Virus record (IMG/VR): IMGVR_UViG_3300045131_001195 | Coordinates: 1 to 64,000 of that record | Length of the DNA: 64,000 nucleotides | Direction: 5' to 3' (one strand) | DNA from: an uncultured virus (IMG/VR IMGVR_UViG_3300045131_001195) | Taxonomy: Duplodnaviria; Heunggongvirae; Uroviricota; Caudoviricetes | In this document: positions 7,899 through 16,788 of the stretch, piece after piece | Numbering within the stretch: position 1 is the first letter of the stretch | Layout: every line of letters begins with the position of its first letter | Translations under genes and position numbers: made by a program | Notes under the pieces: generated by a model | What the model saw: only the letters and a program-made list of their open reading frames with translations | Told to the model about the DNA's origin: nothing | Database searches by the model: none

Positions 7899-8582
7899 AT
7901 GAACATTAATAAGAAAACTATAATCTGTAATCTCTTCTCTGATTTTATCTTATCAAAAATTGGTCTGGATTCAAATACCAAAATACAAGTAACAGATTGC
8001 AATAACTTTTATGTAATCAATGGAGAAACAAATTCAAGCATAATCTTAAATATGAATGATTTGATTGATGAATTTAATATCCAATTTGCTAATGTTGTTG
8101 GGGATGATAGAATTTTAAGAACAATTGATTTAATTAATTACTCCACAAAATTAATCCCAGTATCTAAATTAAAATATAAATTATACAATTCAGAGAATTG
8201 TTTGTACCCAAAAGAAGATATTGAACCCCCAATAGAATCTTATATTTACACCTCCACGTTCCCCCACGGACACTCTTTTACTATGGGTAGGAGTTTGATA
8301 TATAAAATGAAAAACATTGCTTATAATGTCTTTAATCTGGGGTATATCAAATGGATTGAAATGGAGATAAATTTGAATACTTCAGAAGATGATATGGTTA
8401 GCATAAAACATAATTTATCTCCAATAAAATATGATTTTATTCAATCAGCAATATTGGATGTGTTTGATGTTAAAAACAATAATGTGTATATCAATAAGTA
8501 TGACATATTTAAGGAATCAATAAGATACCAGAAAGAAAGGCCAAAAATATATAAAATAGATAAAGATTTTATTGTAATATAA
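7899..8582 (+). CDS. Degenerate, shortened SAM synthetase (MetK)-like protein
   Basis: ICNLFSDFILSKI...VINGETNS and HG...RSLIYKMKNIAYNVFNLG match MetK N- and C-terminal segments; GHPD, GAGDQG and GKD motifs absent. Confidence 0.55.
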   Translation: MNINKKTIICNLFSDFILSKIGLDSNTKIQVTDCNNFYVINGETNSSIILNMNDLIDEFNIQFANVVGDDRILRTIDLINYSTKLIPVSKLKYKLYNSENCLYPKEDIEPPIESYIYTSTFPHGHSFTMGRSLIYKMKNIAYNVFNLGYIKWIEMEINLNTSEDDMVSIKHNLSPIKYDFIQSAILDVFDVKNNNVYINKYDIFKESIRYQKERPKIYKIDKDFIVI

Positions 8583-8584
8583 TT

Positions 8585-8615
8585 AAAATGGGGGACTAAT
8601 TTAGTCCCCCATTTT
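8585..8615. terminator. Bidirectional intrinsic terminator between convergent genes
   Basis: Perfect inverted repeat AAAATGGGGGACTAA-T-TTAGTCCCCCATTTT. Confidence 0.9.
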
Positions 8616-8899
8616 TATAGAACAATACCCTTAATTAGCTCACACGCTTCTTCTACTGTATTATATTCTTTGGTGGGGGATAAGAATACTGTTTCCTCAT
8701 TTGCATCGCCAGGATTCTTTATAAGCATAACAGAAGGGACAAACTCTGTTTTGGTTATCTTTGTATACATATCAAATTCTTTTTCAAATTCATAGATGTC
8801 TCTATCATGAAAAGGAATATTGGCTTCTTCCAATAATTTTTTAAAGTCTGTACAATACCCACAAGAGTCCATTGTATAAACAACTAATTCATATTTCAT
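8615..8899 (-). CDS. Glutaredoxin/NrdH-like redoxin
   Basis: YTMDSCGYC CxxC motif and FVP cis-Pro. Confidence 0.9.
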   Translation of the reverse strand: MKYELVVYTMDSCGYCTDFKKLLEEANIPFHDRDIYEFEKEFDMYTKITKTEFVPSVMLIKNPGDANEETVFLSPTKEYNTVEEACELIKGIVL

Positions 8900-9183
8900 A
8901 TTTTTCTTTTATTTAAATTATTTATGTAGAACTTAATCTCATCTAAATTAACTGGGTTAAAATAAATTGTAACAATATACCCATCAATAACTGACGGACC
9001 TTCTTTTAAATGGATAAAAAACCCTGCTTTTGATAAATATACTATTTCTCTTATTTTATCATTATCATACATATCAATATAAACTATTTCTCCTGTAAAT
9101 AAATCCAATTTAAATCTATGGAAAAGAGTTATTTTACTTAAATCATAACTTAATTTATTTTTTATTTTTGTTAAAAATTCCAT
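8896..9183 (-). CDS. Hypothetical protein
   Basis: ORF with ATGA overlap to glutaredoxin. Confidence 0.65.
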   Translation of the reverse strand: MEFLTKIKNKLSYDLSKITLFHRFKLDLFTGEIVYIDMYDNDKIREIVYLSKAGFFIHLKEGPSVIDGYIVTIYFNPVNLDEIKFYINNLNKRKI

Positions 9184-9201
9184 ATGTATTTTTTTTTAAT
9201 T

Positions 9202-9232
9202 AAAAATACCCCCACCTTATCCAGATGGGGGT
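9202..9232 (-). terminator. Probable intrinsic terminator after the DUF932 gene
   Basis: ACCCCCA...TGGGGGT stem followed by a T run on the minus strand. Confidence 0.6.
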
Positions 9233-9238
9233 TTATAG

Positions 9239-9991
9239 TTATACCACTAAATACTCTTCAGCAATCTCCCAAAGTTGGGTGTTTAACTTGTTGTCATTAA
9301 TGAAATTGACAATTGGTTTTGACCTTCTATTTGTGTTCTTGAATTTAACCCCGCCTTTGATGACCTTCTCTTGCACAAGATTAAATACTGTCCAGAGGTC
9401 ATTTGATTGATCCTCCTCTCTGTAAGGTCTTAGAACTTGCTCAAAATCCACATTTTTGGCTGACTTGTCAAAACGAATGTCAATTGCTCTCTGTGCAAAC
9501 TCCTCAATTTCTCTTTGCCCCAACATTCTTTCTTGCATTTCTCCCATTCTATTGAATATTGTTGGGATTTTTGAAAAGAAGTCATTTGTCATCACTTCTG
9601 TAAAGTCTGTGCTTAAATCCACATGTTTAACAGAAATGCTATTAGCAACTGATGCTGGAACTACCAACCCATTCGAACACACCAATCTATAAATTCCCAT
9701 TGAGATGTCCATTTTTGATGTCCCATTGTGGGAATTATTGAACATAATCTGTGGAAGAACATCACCAACATTATGAAAATCATTATGTCTTAAAATAACT
9801 TGGTGAGCAGAATAATCTGAATCTCCAACTTGTTTTGCAGAATTTATCTGCCAGCCGCTATCTACCAATTTTTCCAAGATTACTCTTGAGTTGGCAAAAT
9901 TATATCTGTTAGACATTCTTGGGTCTGGTCTTTCAGCAAAGATTGCAGGAACTGATGTCTTTAGTACTTCAAGGTTTAGTGATGTGTTCAT
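9239..9991 (-). CDS. DUF932/DUF945 family protein
   Basis: NSHNGTS...GIYRLVCSNGLV...DLWTVFNLVQE; start moved to ATG 9991 because the promoter lies at 10028-10059. Confidence 0.85.
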   Translation of the reverse strand: MNTSLNLEVLKTSVPAIFAERPDPRMSNRYNFANSRVILEKLVDSGWQINSAKQVGDSDYSAHQVILRHNDFHNVGDVLPQIMFNNSHNGTSKMDISMGIYRLVCSNGLVVPASVANSISVKHVDLSTDFTEVMTNDFFSKIPTIFNRMGEMQERMLGQREIEEFAQRAIDIRFDKSAKNVDFEQVLRPYREEDQSNDLWTVFNLVQEKVIKGGVKFKNTNRRSKPIVNFINDNKLNTQLWEIAEEYLVV

Positions 9992-10027
9992 ATTTTTGTT
10001 TTTTTGTTTTTGATTAATTTGATGTTG

Positions 10028-10059
10028 CAAAGATATATTATCCAAATCAATTTTCCAAA
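10028..10059 (-). promoter_or_regulatory. Bacteroidota-type sigma70 promoter (-33 TTTG / -7 TATCTTTG)
   Basis: TTTG-N20-TATCTTTG on the minus strand. Confidence 0.75.
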
Positions 10060-10060
10060 T

Positions 10061-10336
10061 CTAATTCAAATTTATTTTTCCAAAAGGTCCATCAAAATAT
10101 CTTACATTACTATAAGGGTCTTTACCCCTATTTACCAGAACACATATATCCACAATTTGTTGTTTTGTTAATACAAAATCTTCCCCCAGACCAAAATTAA
10201 AATAACTTGCTTTGCGTATTCTTTCAAAGAATAAAGATTTTTGTTCAAGTTTAACCAATTTTATTAATTCATTGGTATTCTTTTCAAAGAAAGAAAAGAA
10301 TTCAGTTAAATAAATTTCAACATTAACATTACTCAT
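10061..10336 (-). CDS. Hypothetical protein
   Basis: ORF with an upstream TAACTTTG -7-like element (10355-10362). Confidence 0.7.
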   Translation of the reverse strand: MSNVNVEIYLTEFFSFFEKNTNELIKLVKLEQKSLFFERIRKASYFNFGLGEDFVLTKQQIVDICVLVNRGKDPYSNVRYFDGPFGKINLN

Positions 10337-10395
10337 ATAATAATTTTTAATTCACAAAGTTATAATAATACATATTTTTATATAAAAAATATATT

Positions 10396-10539
10396 ATGAT
10401 AGATTTAAAAAAATGTGACAATTGTAAATCAAAAAAATTTGGATATGAATTGCCAATAACATTGGTTAGTATATATCTATTGATATCTGGAATATATGTT
10501 GGTGTTAAATTAATAAAATACATCATTAACCTCTTGTAA
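10396..10539 (+). CDS. 47-aa CxxC plus transmembrane microprotein
   Basis: Not in ORF track. MIDLKKCDNCKSKKFGYELPITLVSIYLLISGIYVGVKLIKYIINLL. Confidence 0.55.
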   Translation: MIDLKKCDNCKSKKFGYELPITLVSIYLLISGIYVGVKLIKYIINLL

Positions 10540-11437
10540 ATTTAACTTCTCTCTTTATATAAAAATCACCCCCATTATACCCCTTGCCTGGAACTCTTAA
10601 AGGCACACTAGTATCAAAAACATTTGGTGCAGTTATTGATAATGATCCTGATGGATGGGGTATAATATATTTTCCCAAATCAACCTCATTAAAATCCAAA
10701 AATAATGTGTAAATTAAATCATTACCCATTTTACTAAACCCATCAGTATTAATAACTTCAATCTTTATGACCAAATCACCAAAATCAACTTTATCATAAT
10801 CACCCAATTTACTTAATTTCAAGAATTGGCCATTATCAATATTATTTGGCAACTCTATGGTAACTGTTTTTACCTCACCTTTAATCCCACTTCCAGAACA
10901 TTTAAAACATTTTTGTTCAATAATTTCACCAAGACCACTACAAGATGGACAATTTGTTACCATCTGTTGCACAAAAAAACCAGAACCAAACCTTCTAACC
11001 ACTTGCCCACTACCATTACACTCACCACAACGCCTCTTACTACCTCTAGTACCATTACATTCATCACAAGGGATGTTTCGGTTATATACAATTTCTTTAA
11101 CCTTTCCCAAATATATTTCAATTGGGGTTAATTTTAATGTTATTATCTTCTCTAATGGAACATGAACATTTCTTCTTTGCCCTTGATTAAAAAATTGGGA
11201 AAATAAATCATCTTGACCAGAAAATCTCCCACCCCCCTTTCTTTCAAAATCATATGATTGCCTCTTCTGTGGATCAGATAATACATCATATGCCTCACTA
11301 ATTTCTTTAAATTTATCAGCGCCAGATGGGTTAATATCTGGATGATATTTCTTGGAAAGGTCTCTATATTTTTTTTTTAATAAATCTTCTGTGAAATTCT
11401 CTTCAATTTCTAAAATTTTATAATAATCTTTTATCAT
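10526..11437 (-). CDS. dnaJ: DnaJ (class A) co-chaperone
   Basis: J domain with HPD, four CxxCxGxG zinc-finger repeats, C-terminal domain. Confidence 0.95.
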   Translation of the reverse strand: MIKDYYKILEIEENFTEDLLKKKYRDLSKKYHPDINPSGADKFKEISEAYDVLSDPQKRQSYDFERKGGGRFSGQDDLFSQFFNQGQRRNVHVPLEKIITLKLTPIEIYLGKVKEIVYNRNIPCDECNGTRGSKRRCGECNGSGQVVRRFGSGFFVQQMVTNCPSCSGLGEIIEQKCFKCSGSGIKGEVKTVTIELPNNIDNGQFLKLSKLGDYDKVDFGDLVIKIEVINTDGFSKMGNDLIYTLFLDFNEVDLGKYIIPHPSGSLSITAPNVFDTSVPLRVPGKGYNGGDFYIKREVKFTRG

Positions 11438-11438
11438 T

Positions 11439-12068
11439 ATGAATTATTTTATTGTTTTATTTAAGGATAAGAAGAAAAAGAGAATTATCAACAAATTCAT
11501 CACCAAGAAAAAAGCAGTAATTGCTTATAATAAATTGATGAAACAGTCTGATGAAGTTTTCTTTGAAAAGAGAATTCAAAATACAGAAGAATGTACTTTT
11601 GAACTGGGGCTAATTTCCAGCATAAGAGAATTAGATAGCCCAACCTATCTAAAAGATGAATTAGGTAGAAACCAAAGAGTTTATATTGATAATGAAACAA
11701 ATATGTTTTTTGTTGATATAAAACCTTACCGGGTTGAAGAAAAATTATTTGATATTGCAAAAAACAAAAAAATAACTATAAAGGAATTTGATAAGAAATA
11801 TTTGTCAGTAACTGGATTAAAAATAATATGCATTCTAAATCATAAAATTGTTCTCCAAAATGATACTAAATTTTATTTGTTTTCCCTAAAAGATGAAGAT
11901 GAAGCATTACGATTTTTAGATAGTTTGACAATTTATTTGAATAATACAAACAATTCATCTTGTATGATATTGAAGAGTAGAAGCAATACCCAAAAAAAAT
12001 ATCTATATGATTTGTTAATTAAAAATGGGTTTGAAGCATCTGTACTATATAGACAAGTTACAGGTTAG
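11439..12068 (+). CDS. Hypothetical protein
   Basis: 209-aa ORF divergent from dnaJ. Confidence 0.75.
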   Translation: MNYFIVLFKDKKKKRIINKFITKKKAVIAYNKLMKQSDEVFFEKRIQNTEECTFELGLISSIRELDSPTYLKDELGRNQRVYIDNETNMFFVDIKPYRVEEKLFDIAKNKKITIKEFDKKYLSVTGLKIICILNHKIVLQNDTKFYLFSLKDEDEALRFLDSLTIYLNNTNNSSCMILKSRSNTQKKYLYDLLIKNGFEASVLYRQVTG

Positions 12069-12270
12069 CCTCATCAGAAACAAAATAAAAAGTAATATCT
12101 GATATATCTATTTTGAATTTCTTATCATCAACCCCACCCTTTGTATTTAATTTCTTATTAATAGAATCAAAAACTTCTTTATTAAATTCAAAGATAATTG
12201 TTGCCTTTGCTTGTGGTAAAACTTGTTGCAACGCATCAGAAATCATAGCCAACTTTTCTAATTCCCCCAT
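12058..12270 (-). CDS. Hypothetical protein
   Basis: ORF in tight overlapping operon. Confidence 0.65.
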   Translation of the reverse strand: MGELEKLAMISDALQQVLPQAKATIIFEFNKEVFDSINKKLNTKGGVDDKKFKIDISDITFYFVSDEANL

Positions 12271-12443
12271 AATAATATCTTTAATTTTTTCAAGAAACTT
12301 AATTTATTGTTTTTAGGCTTAACAATATCCTCTTTTTTATATTTTTTTAATTCATTAATTAATTTAATCTTTTCCCTTTCTAAATCAGCTTTATCCTTAT
12401 TTCTTTCTGCTTCTAGGGTTTTCCACATTTTCTGTTTGTCCAT
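12258..12443 (-). CDS. Hypothetical basic protein
   Basis: ORF in tight operon. Confidence 0.6.
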   Translation of the reverse strand: MDKQKMWKTLEAERNKDKADLEREKIKLINELKKYKKEDIVKPKNNKLSFLKKLKILLWGN

Positions 12444-12825
12444 CTTTTAATTCATTTTTAGGGATAATAAATTCTAATTTACTTAAATCATCAAGTTTAT
12501 TCTTATTAAATAATGCTTTTAATATATCAATATTCTTATTTAATAAAAGACTTTTTTGTTCAATCTCTTGGTTATCCTTAATTATCTTAAATATCTTTTC
12601 CAGACTAGCATTAAATTTTTCCTCAATATTCTCAATAACAAAAGTTATCCCAGTCTTCCCTGCATCACTCATAATACCAAATGTTACAACAAATTTATCT
12701 ACCATATATGATTGGGGGATTAACCAGGTTTTGGGTAAAACTAAATCAATAAATATAAAATTATCCGCCACTCTTATAGATGATAGATAACCTTCAAAAT
12801 CTTTTAAATTACTATATAAATTCAT
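12397..12825 (-). CDS. Hypothetical protein
   Basis: ORF in tight operon. Confidence 0.7.
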   Translation of the reverse strand: MNLYSNLKDFEGYLSSIRVADNFIFIDLVLPKTWLIPQSYMVDKFVVTFGIMSDAGKTGITFVIENIEEKFNASLEKIFKIIKDNQEIEQKSLLLNKNIDILKALFNKNKLDDLSKLEFIIPKNELKDGQTENVENPRSRKK

Positions 12826-12827
12826 TC

Positions 12828-13022
12828 TTATGAAAATTTAATAAATGTTATTATAAAACTAAATGCCAACCCAAAATATAATTTATCTTGTTTTGTTATT
12901 TTATTTCTTTCAATATAATCTGAGTCACCAAAAAGAGAAAATACTATTCTAGTAGTAATATTACTCACCACCAGAATAGAAAATATAAACAAAAAGTAAA
13001 ATATTGGCAAGTAATTATTCAC
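12828..13022 (-). CDS. Small two-TM membrane protein
   Basis: Two hydrophobic segments. Confidence 0.65.
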   Translation of the reverse strand: MNNYLPIFYFLFIFSILVVSNITTRIVFSLFGDSDYIERNKITKQDKLYFGLAFSFIITFIKFS

Positions 13023-13203
13023 CTTCAGTTGTTGTTTTTCTTTGTTTAACTATATCAAGTCTGCTTTCTTGTAAAAGCGCCTTTATTTCTTGTGCTGTCT
13101 TTCTCGCCCTTGTCCCCGCACTTTTATTCCCCTTGCGATAGAATCTATCTGCATCAGAATAAAATAATTCTAATAGTTGTTTGATTTGTTGAATCGTTTC
13201 CAT
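13015..13203 (-). CDS. Histone H1-like protein (Hc1 family, Bacteroidota type)
   Basis: DADRFYRKGNKSAGTRARKTAQEIK motif. Confidence 0.8.
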   Translation of the reverse strand: METIQQIKQLLELFYSDADRFYRKGNKSAGTRARKTAQEIKALLQESRLDIVKQRKTTTEGE

Positions 13204-13215
13204 TTTATTTAAATT

Positions 13216-13683
13216 TTATTTTTTTACTAAATTTTTATCAAGTAATTTATATATTTCAGTTAATATTTGCAAATCAGCTTTACTATATAACCCCTCAATA
13301 TTGAATAATTCCTCTATGAATATTTTTATTGCATTTTGATTAACACCATCAATCTTATTATAAAAAATATCAAAATAGAAAATCTTCAAATACTTGTAAT
13401 GATCACCATCTTTACTTAAAATGATATTTTCTTTTTTGAAAGAATCAATAGTTTTTACCCAACACCAATTAAAATGTTTTTCTTTATCATCATCAGTATA
13501 GTCAACAGAAATTATCTGGTCATTAGTATCACCAAGATAAGTTTTACTTATTGTATTATTTAATGACATTAAAATATCAAAAAACAAATCAACCTTTTCC
13601 CTATTAATATTATTCATATTAAAATAAGTTTCAAGTTCATCTTTTGGTATTGGCACAGATAGCCACTTAAAAAAATTCTCCAT
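13216..13683 (-). CDS. Hypothetical protein
   Basis: 155-aa ORF. Confidence 0.75.
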   Translation of the reverse strand: MENFFKWLSVPIPKDELETYFNMNNINREKVDLFFDILMSLNNTISKTYLGDTNDQIISVDYTDDDKEKHFNWCWVKTIDSFKKENIILSKDGDHYKYLKIFYFDIFYNKIDGVNQNAIKIFIEELFNIEGLYSKADLQILTEIYKLLDKNLVKK

Positions 13684-13707
13684 AGTGCATTGTCTATGGA
13701 GAATTTT
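13672..13707 (-). promoter_or_regulatory. 14-bp hairpin that buries the ATG of 13216..13683 and is followed by Us (terminator/translational operator)
   Basis: AAAATTCTCCATAG-N8-CTATGGAGAATTTT. Confidence 0.7.
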
Positions 13708-13746
13708 AATATAAAAAAAATATAATTGTAGATATTATGTTATAAA

Positions 13747-14721
13747 TTATTGAGTTATTTTATTATAATTTATTAATTTCTTCATTTTAGTGAATTCTTC
13801 ACTTAAAAATTCATTGTTCTCTACTGATTCGCCTTGCATTTTTTTAATAAAATCTGGTCTCCCATTATTGTCTTTAACTACATGGACATCTAATGATTTT
13901 TCATAAGCTCTTTTTTTCTCTGCACCATAGTAATTATTCTTTCTTCTTTTATTAACTTTAGCATTAACATCAGTTTCAACCGAATTTGCCCATTTTGGGT
14001 TATTCCCAGTTTTTGAACTACCTTCAATATATTCTTTCATTTTATCCTCATCTGGATCTATTTCATCATAAACCAAATTTTCCATACCTGGTCCCCTGCC
14101 CAATTCTTCAATGTATTCTTCTTCATTACTATCCATGCGATATCCCATAATATCTGACTTCTTTAATTGGCCATTTGTCTTTGGAAAAGAATCTGGATTC
14201 TCAATATACTTTCCATTCGATCCATATTTAAGATATTCTTTCATTTTTTTACCAACATTAGCCAAATTTGATTCATTTTCTTTTTTTGACTTTTTTAACA
14301 ATGCTTCAACATTATTTAATGTCTTTGGTTTTTTATAATCAAAATCATTATCTGCCTCAGATATAATACTTTCAATAAATGAAATCAAACCTTCTTCGGT
14401 CATTTTAACACTCTTCTTACCTTTCTTTAATAACTTAAAATCTTCAGAGTCAATTTTACCATTCTTGTTCTTATCAATTTTAGATTGTTTTCCAACTAAT
14501 TTCTCTTTAACTTCTTCTTTACCTTTTTTACCCTTATTTAATAGCTTGAAATCTTCAGCATCAATTTTGCCGTTCTTATTCTTGTCAATTTTGGATTGTT
14601 TTCCAACTAATTTTTCATCAACATTCTTCTTAACTTTCTTCTCAAACAATAAATTAGACCTCTTGTTAAATTCTTCATTTAACACACTATTAATTATTGA
14701 GTCAATATCATTTCTTTTCAT
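13747..14721 (-). CDS. Probable head/core protein with two EF-hand-like repeats
   Basis: EKLVGKQSKIDKNKNGKIDxEDFKLL x2; several (I/L)xE sites; upstream TATTTAT. Confidence 0.6.
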   Translation of the reverse strand: MKRNDIDSIINSVLNEEFNKRSNLLFEKKVKKNVDEKLVGKQSKIDKNKNGKIDAEDFKLLNKGKKGKEEVKEKLVGKQSKIDKNKNGKIDSEDFKLLKKGKKSVKMTEEGLISFIESIISEADNDFDYKKPKTLNNVEALLKKSKKENESNLANVGKKMKEYLKYGSNGKYIENPDSFPKTNGQLKKSDIMGYRMDSNEEEYIEELGRGPGMENLVYDEIDPDEDKMKEYIEGSSKTGNNPKWANSVETDVNAKVNKRRKNNYYGAEKKRAYEKSLDVHVVKDNNGRPDFIKKMQGESVENNEFLSEEFTKMKKLINYNKITQ

Positions 14722-14775
14722 AACATTTTTTATTTATATATAAATATATTTAATTATTACTTTATTCAAAGTTAA

Positions 14776-16128
14776 TTATTTTTTATTTGATATTATTTCC
14801 CTAACTTTATTTTCGCTGATATTCCACTTGTTAGCAACTTTTTTAATAATCATATGATATCTTGGAGTGTTTATTAAAGCCTCACTAATCCCCCCAATAT
14901 CAATTGTTTCAAAATCTTGCAAACTTTTAAATGCTGGATTCTGCTCTATGGGGTCTTTCTTGGCTTGTTTCATCACACTCCAAGTTGATGGCTTCATCTT
15001 CATATGATTGACAACCAAATATTCAATAACATCAATATTTGTTCCCTCAAATGATAAAATCCAATCAGCATATTGCTTTACATAATCACCAGATTTTGCA
15101 TCATGTCCATATGCAGTTGGTTCACCTGTTTTTGGGTTAATAGCATAAGTATCCATTTTACCTAAATCGTGGAATAATGCTGCCATAATCATATTAGGAT
15201 CATCCCCATATTTGTTATATGCCCTCCTTAATACCAAAATGATATGCTTTAATGAATTACCCTCTGGATGCCATTTGGTTGATTGTTTTGCACCCCATTG
15301 GTCAAAAAATAATTTCTTTAAATCAGTAGGCATCAACCTAATTAATTCTTGGGCTGTGTTTGGAATTTCTCTCTTGTTCATATTTTGTTCTGTTAATTTT
15401 AATGCCTTTATATCGCCTTGGTTACAGTAAGGGAATTTTAAACATTTCTTTCTTACTTGCACAAATTTACCCCCAGGTATTTGCGTTTTTGATTTACCTC
15501 TCCAATCTTTCTTTTTTGTAGATTTAGCCCATGCTCCAGGAACCTCATATGACCCTGTAGATGCAGTTGATGTTGCTTCCTTGGCTTCCACCTTGCTTTC
15601 ATTAAATATAGGCTTAAAATTAACTTCTGTCCATATACTCTCCTTTATTGGAACGCAATTTGGAACCATCTTTCCATTTTTCATTTTACCCCCTACTCTC
15701 CTATATCCTTTCCAGCAAGCCTCACTCATACTCTCAAGATTGGGAAACAATGGCTCAACATACCCACCAGCAGATCCTGAACCAGTGGCCTCTTTTGTTT
15801 CCATCTTTTTTAATTTATTGTAATAGTGGGGATCTTCCCATAGGTGGTCTTTGGCTATTTTTCTTGCCATTTTGACACTATCTGTATGTTCTTTCTCAAC
15901 AGCAGCGCCTTTACGCAATTCTTTTTTCAAGAAATTAATATATTCTGTAGAGTCTTTTGTTTTATTGTGTTTACGTTCAATATCTACTAAGTTTATAATT
16001 GTTCTATCCTTTGAACTATTCTCATTATTTACCATCCTAATATAATCATATTGTGATGAATAAGCGCTAGGATTCTTTGCAAACTCACTAGCAATTGCAC
16101 TTGAAAATACTTTATTTGGTTCTTCCAT
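14776..16128 (-). CDS. Modular protein: DUF5661-like + CWKGY module + HD phosphohydrolase (CCA-adding-enzyme type)
   Basis: KGAAVEKEHT...IAKDHLWEDPHYY; CWKGY...VPNCVP; WHPEGNSLKH...AALFHDLGK...GHD; start taken at ATG 16128. Confidence 0.7.
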   Translation of the reverse strand: MEEPNKVFSSAIASEFAKNPSAYSSQYDYIRMVNNENSSKDRTIINLVDIERKHNKTKDSTEYINFLKKELRKGAAVEKEHTDSVKMARKIAKDHLWEDPHYYNKLKKMETKEATGSGSAGGYVEPLFPNLESMSEACWKGYRRVGGKMKNGKMVPNCVPIKESIWTEVNFKPIFNESKVEAKEATSTASTGSYEVPGAWAKSTKKKDWRGKSKTQIPGGKFVQVRKKCLKFPYCNQGDIKALKLTEQNMNKREIPNTAQELIRLMPTDLKKLFFDQWGAKQSTKWHPEGNSLKHIILVLRRAYNKYGDDPNMIMAALFHDLGKMDTYAINPKTGEPTAYGHDAKSGDYVKQYADWILSFEGTNIDVIEYLVVNHMKMKPSTWSVMKQAKKDPIEQNPAFKSLQDFETIDIGGISEALINTPRYHMIIKKVANKWNISENKVREIISNKK

Positions 16129-16129
16129 A

Positions 16130-16375
16130 TTATGCATTTTTTAATTTAGGCTCCCAATAACTTCTGTTCATCCACATAAATTGGTAAAACTCTCTAAACA
16201 TTTTTACAGTAATGTCTTTAACTTCACCTTCAAATTTGCCCCTTCTGAATTCTTTTTGTAATTTATCAATTAACTTATTTTCATATTGGGATAAAGTGCT
16301 ACTTTCAAAGAAATCTTTAATCTCTTTTCTAACAACAACTTCAATTTCTTTTTTTTCAGATTGTGTTAATGCCAT
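16130..16375 (-). CDS. Hypothetical protein
   Basis: ORF in operon. Confidence 0.7.
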   Translation of the reverse strand: MALTQSEKKEIEVVVRKEIKDFFESSTLSQYENKLIDKLQKEFRRGKFEGEVKDITVKMFREFYQFMWMNRSYWEPKLKNA

Positions 16376-16788
16376 TATTTAAAAATTATAGAATATGTGA
16401 ATCCAAATATGGATAAACCTATTAGGATTTGATTTATTGTGTTTTTCATTTTTTCTTTCTTTAATAAATTTTGATTACTCACAAAATTACTTTCAAGTAC
16501 TTGATACTTTTCATTATTTATTTTTATAATATCTTTATACTTTTGTTCTTTTTCAATATATGAGAATAATAAAGAATCTTTTAAATATATTTTCTTTTCT
16601 GTTTCCAGAATTAGGTTGTTAACATGTAATAATTCATTCTTAACTGAATCATATCTAATCAAATCTTTTGCTATTTCCTTAACAATTGTTATTGGGAATG
16701 ATTTAGTTTGAATAGAAACTGTATCTGTTTGTGAAAAAACTATCCAAGGCAACCATATTGAAAGTGTCAATAGATATAACTTTCTCAT
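16375..16788 (-). CDS. Signal-peptide coiled-coil protein, putative spanin-like subunit
   Basis: N-terminal signal peptide, coiled coil, C-terminal hydrophobic tail; overlaps the upstream TM coiled-coil gene. Confidence 0.5.
   Translation of the reverse strand: MRKLYLLTLSIWLPWIVFSQTDTVSIQTKSFPITIVKEIAKDLIRYDSVKNELLHVNNLILETEKKIYLKDSLLFSYIEKEQKYKDIIKINNEKYQVLESNFVSNQNLLKKEKMKNTINQILIGLSIFGFTYSIIFK

Noticed and set aside
9992..10045. ORF-track N-terminal extensions (also 20666-20689, 23020-23049, 26774-26803, 38341-38379, 55776-55784)
   Set aside because: They run through promoter elements or upstream genes; downstream ATGs with A-rich leaders fit better.
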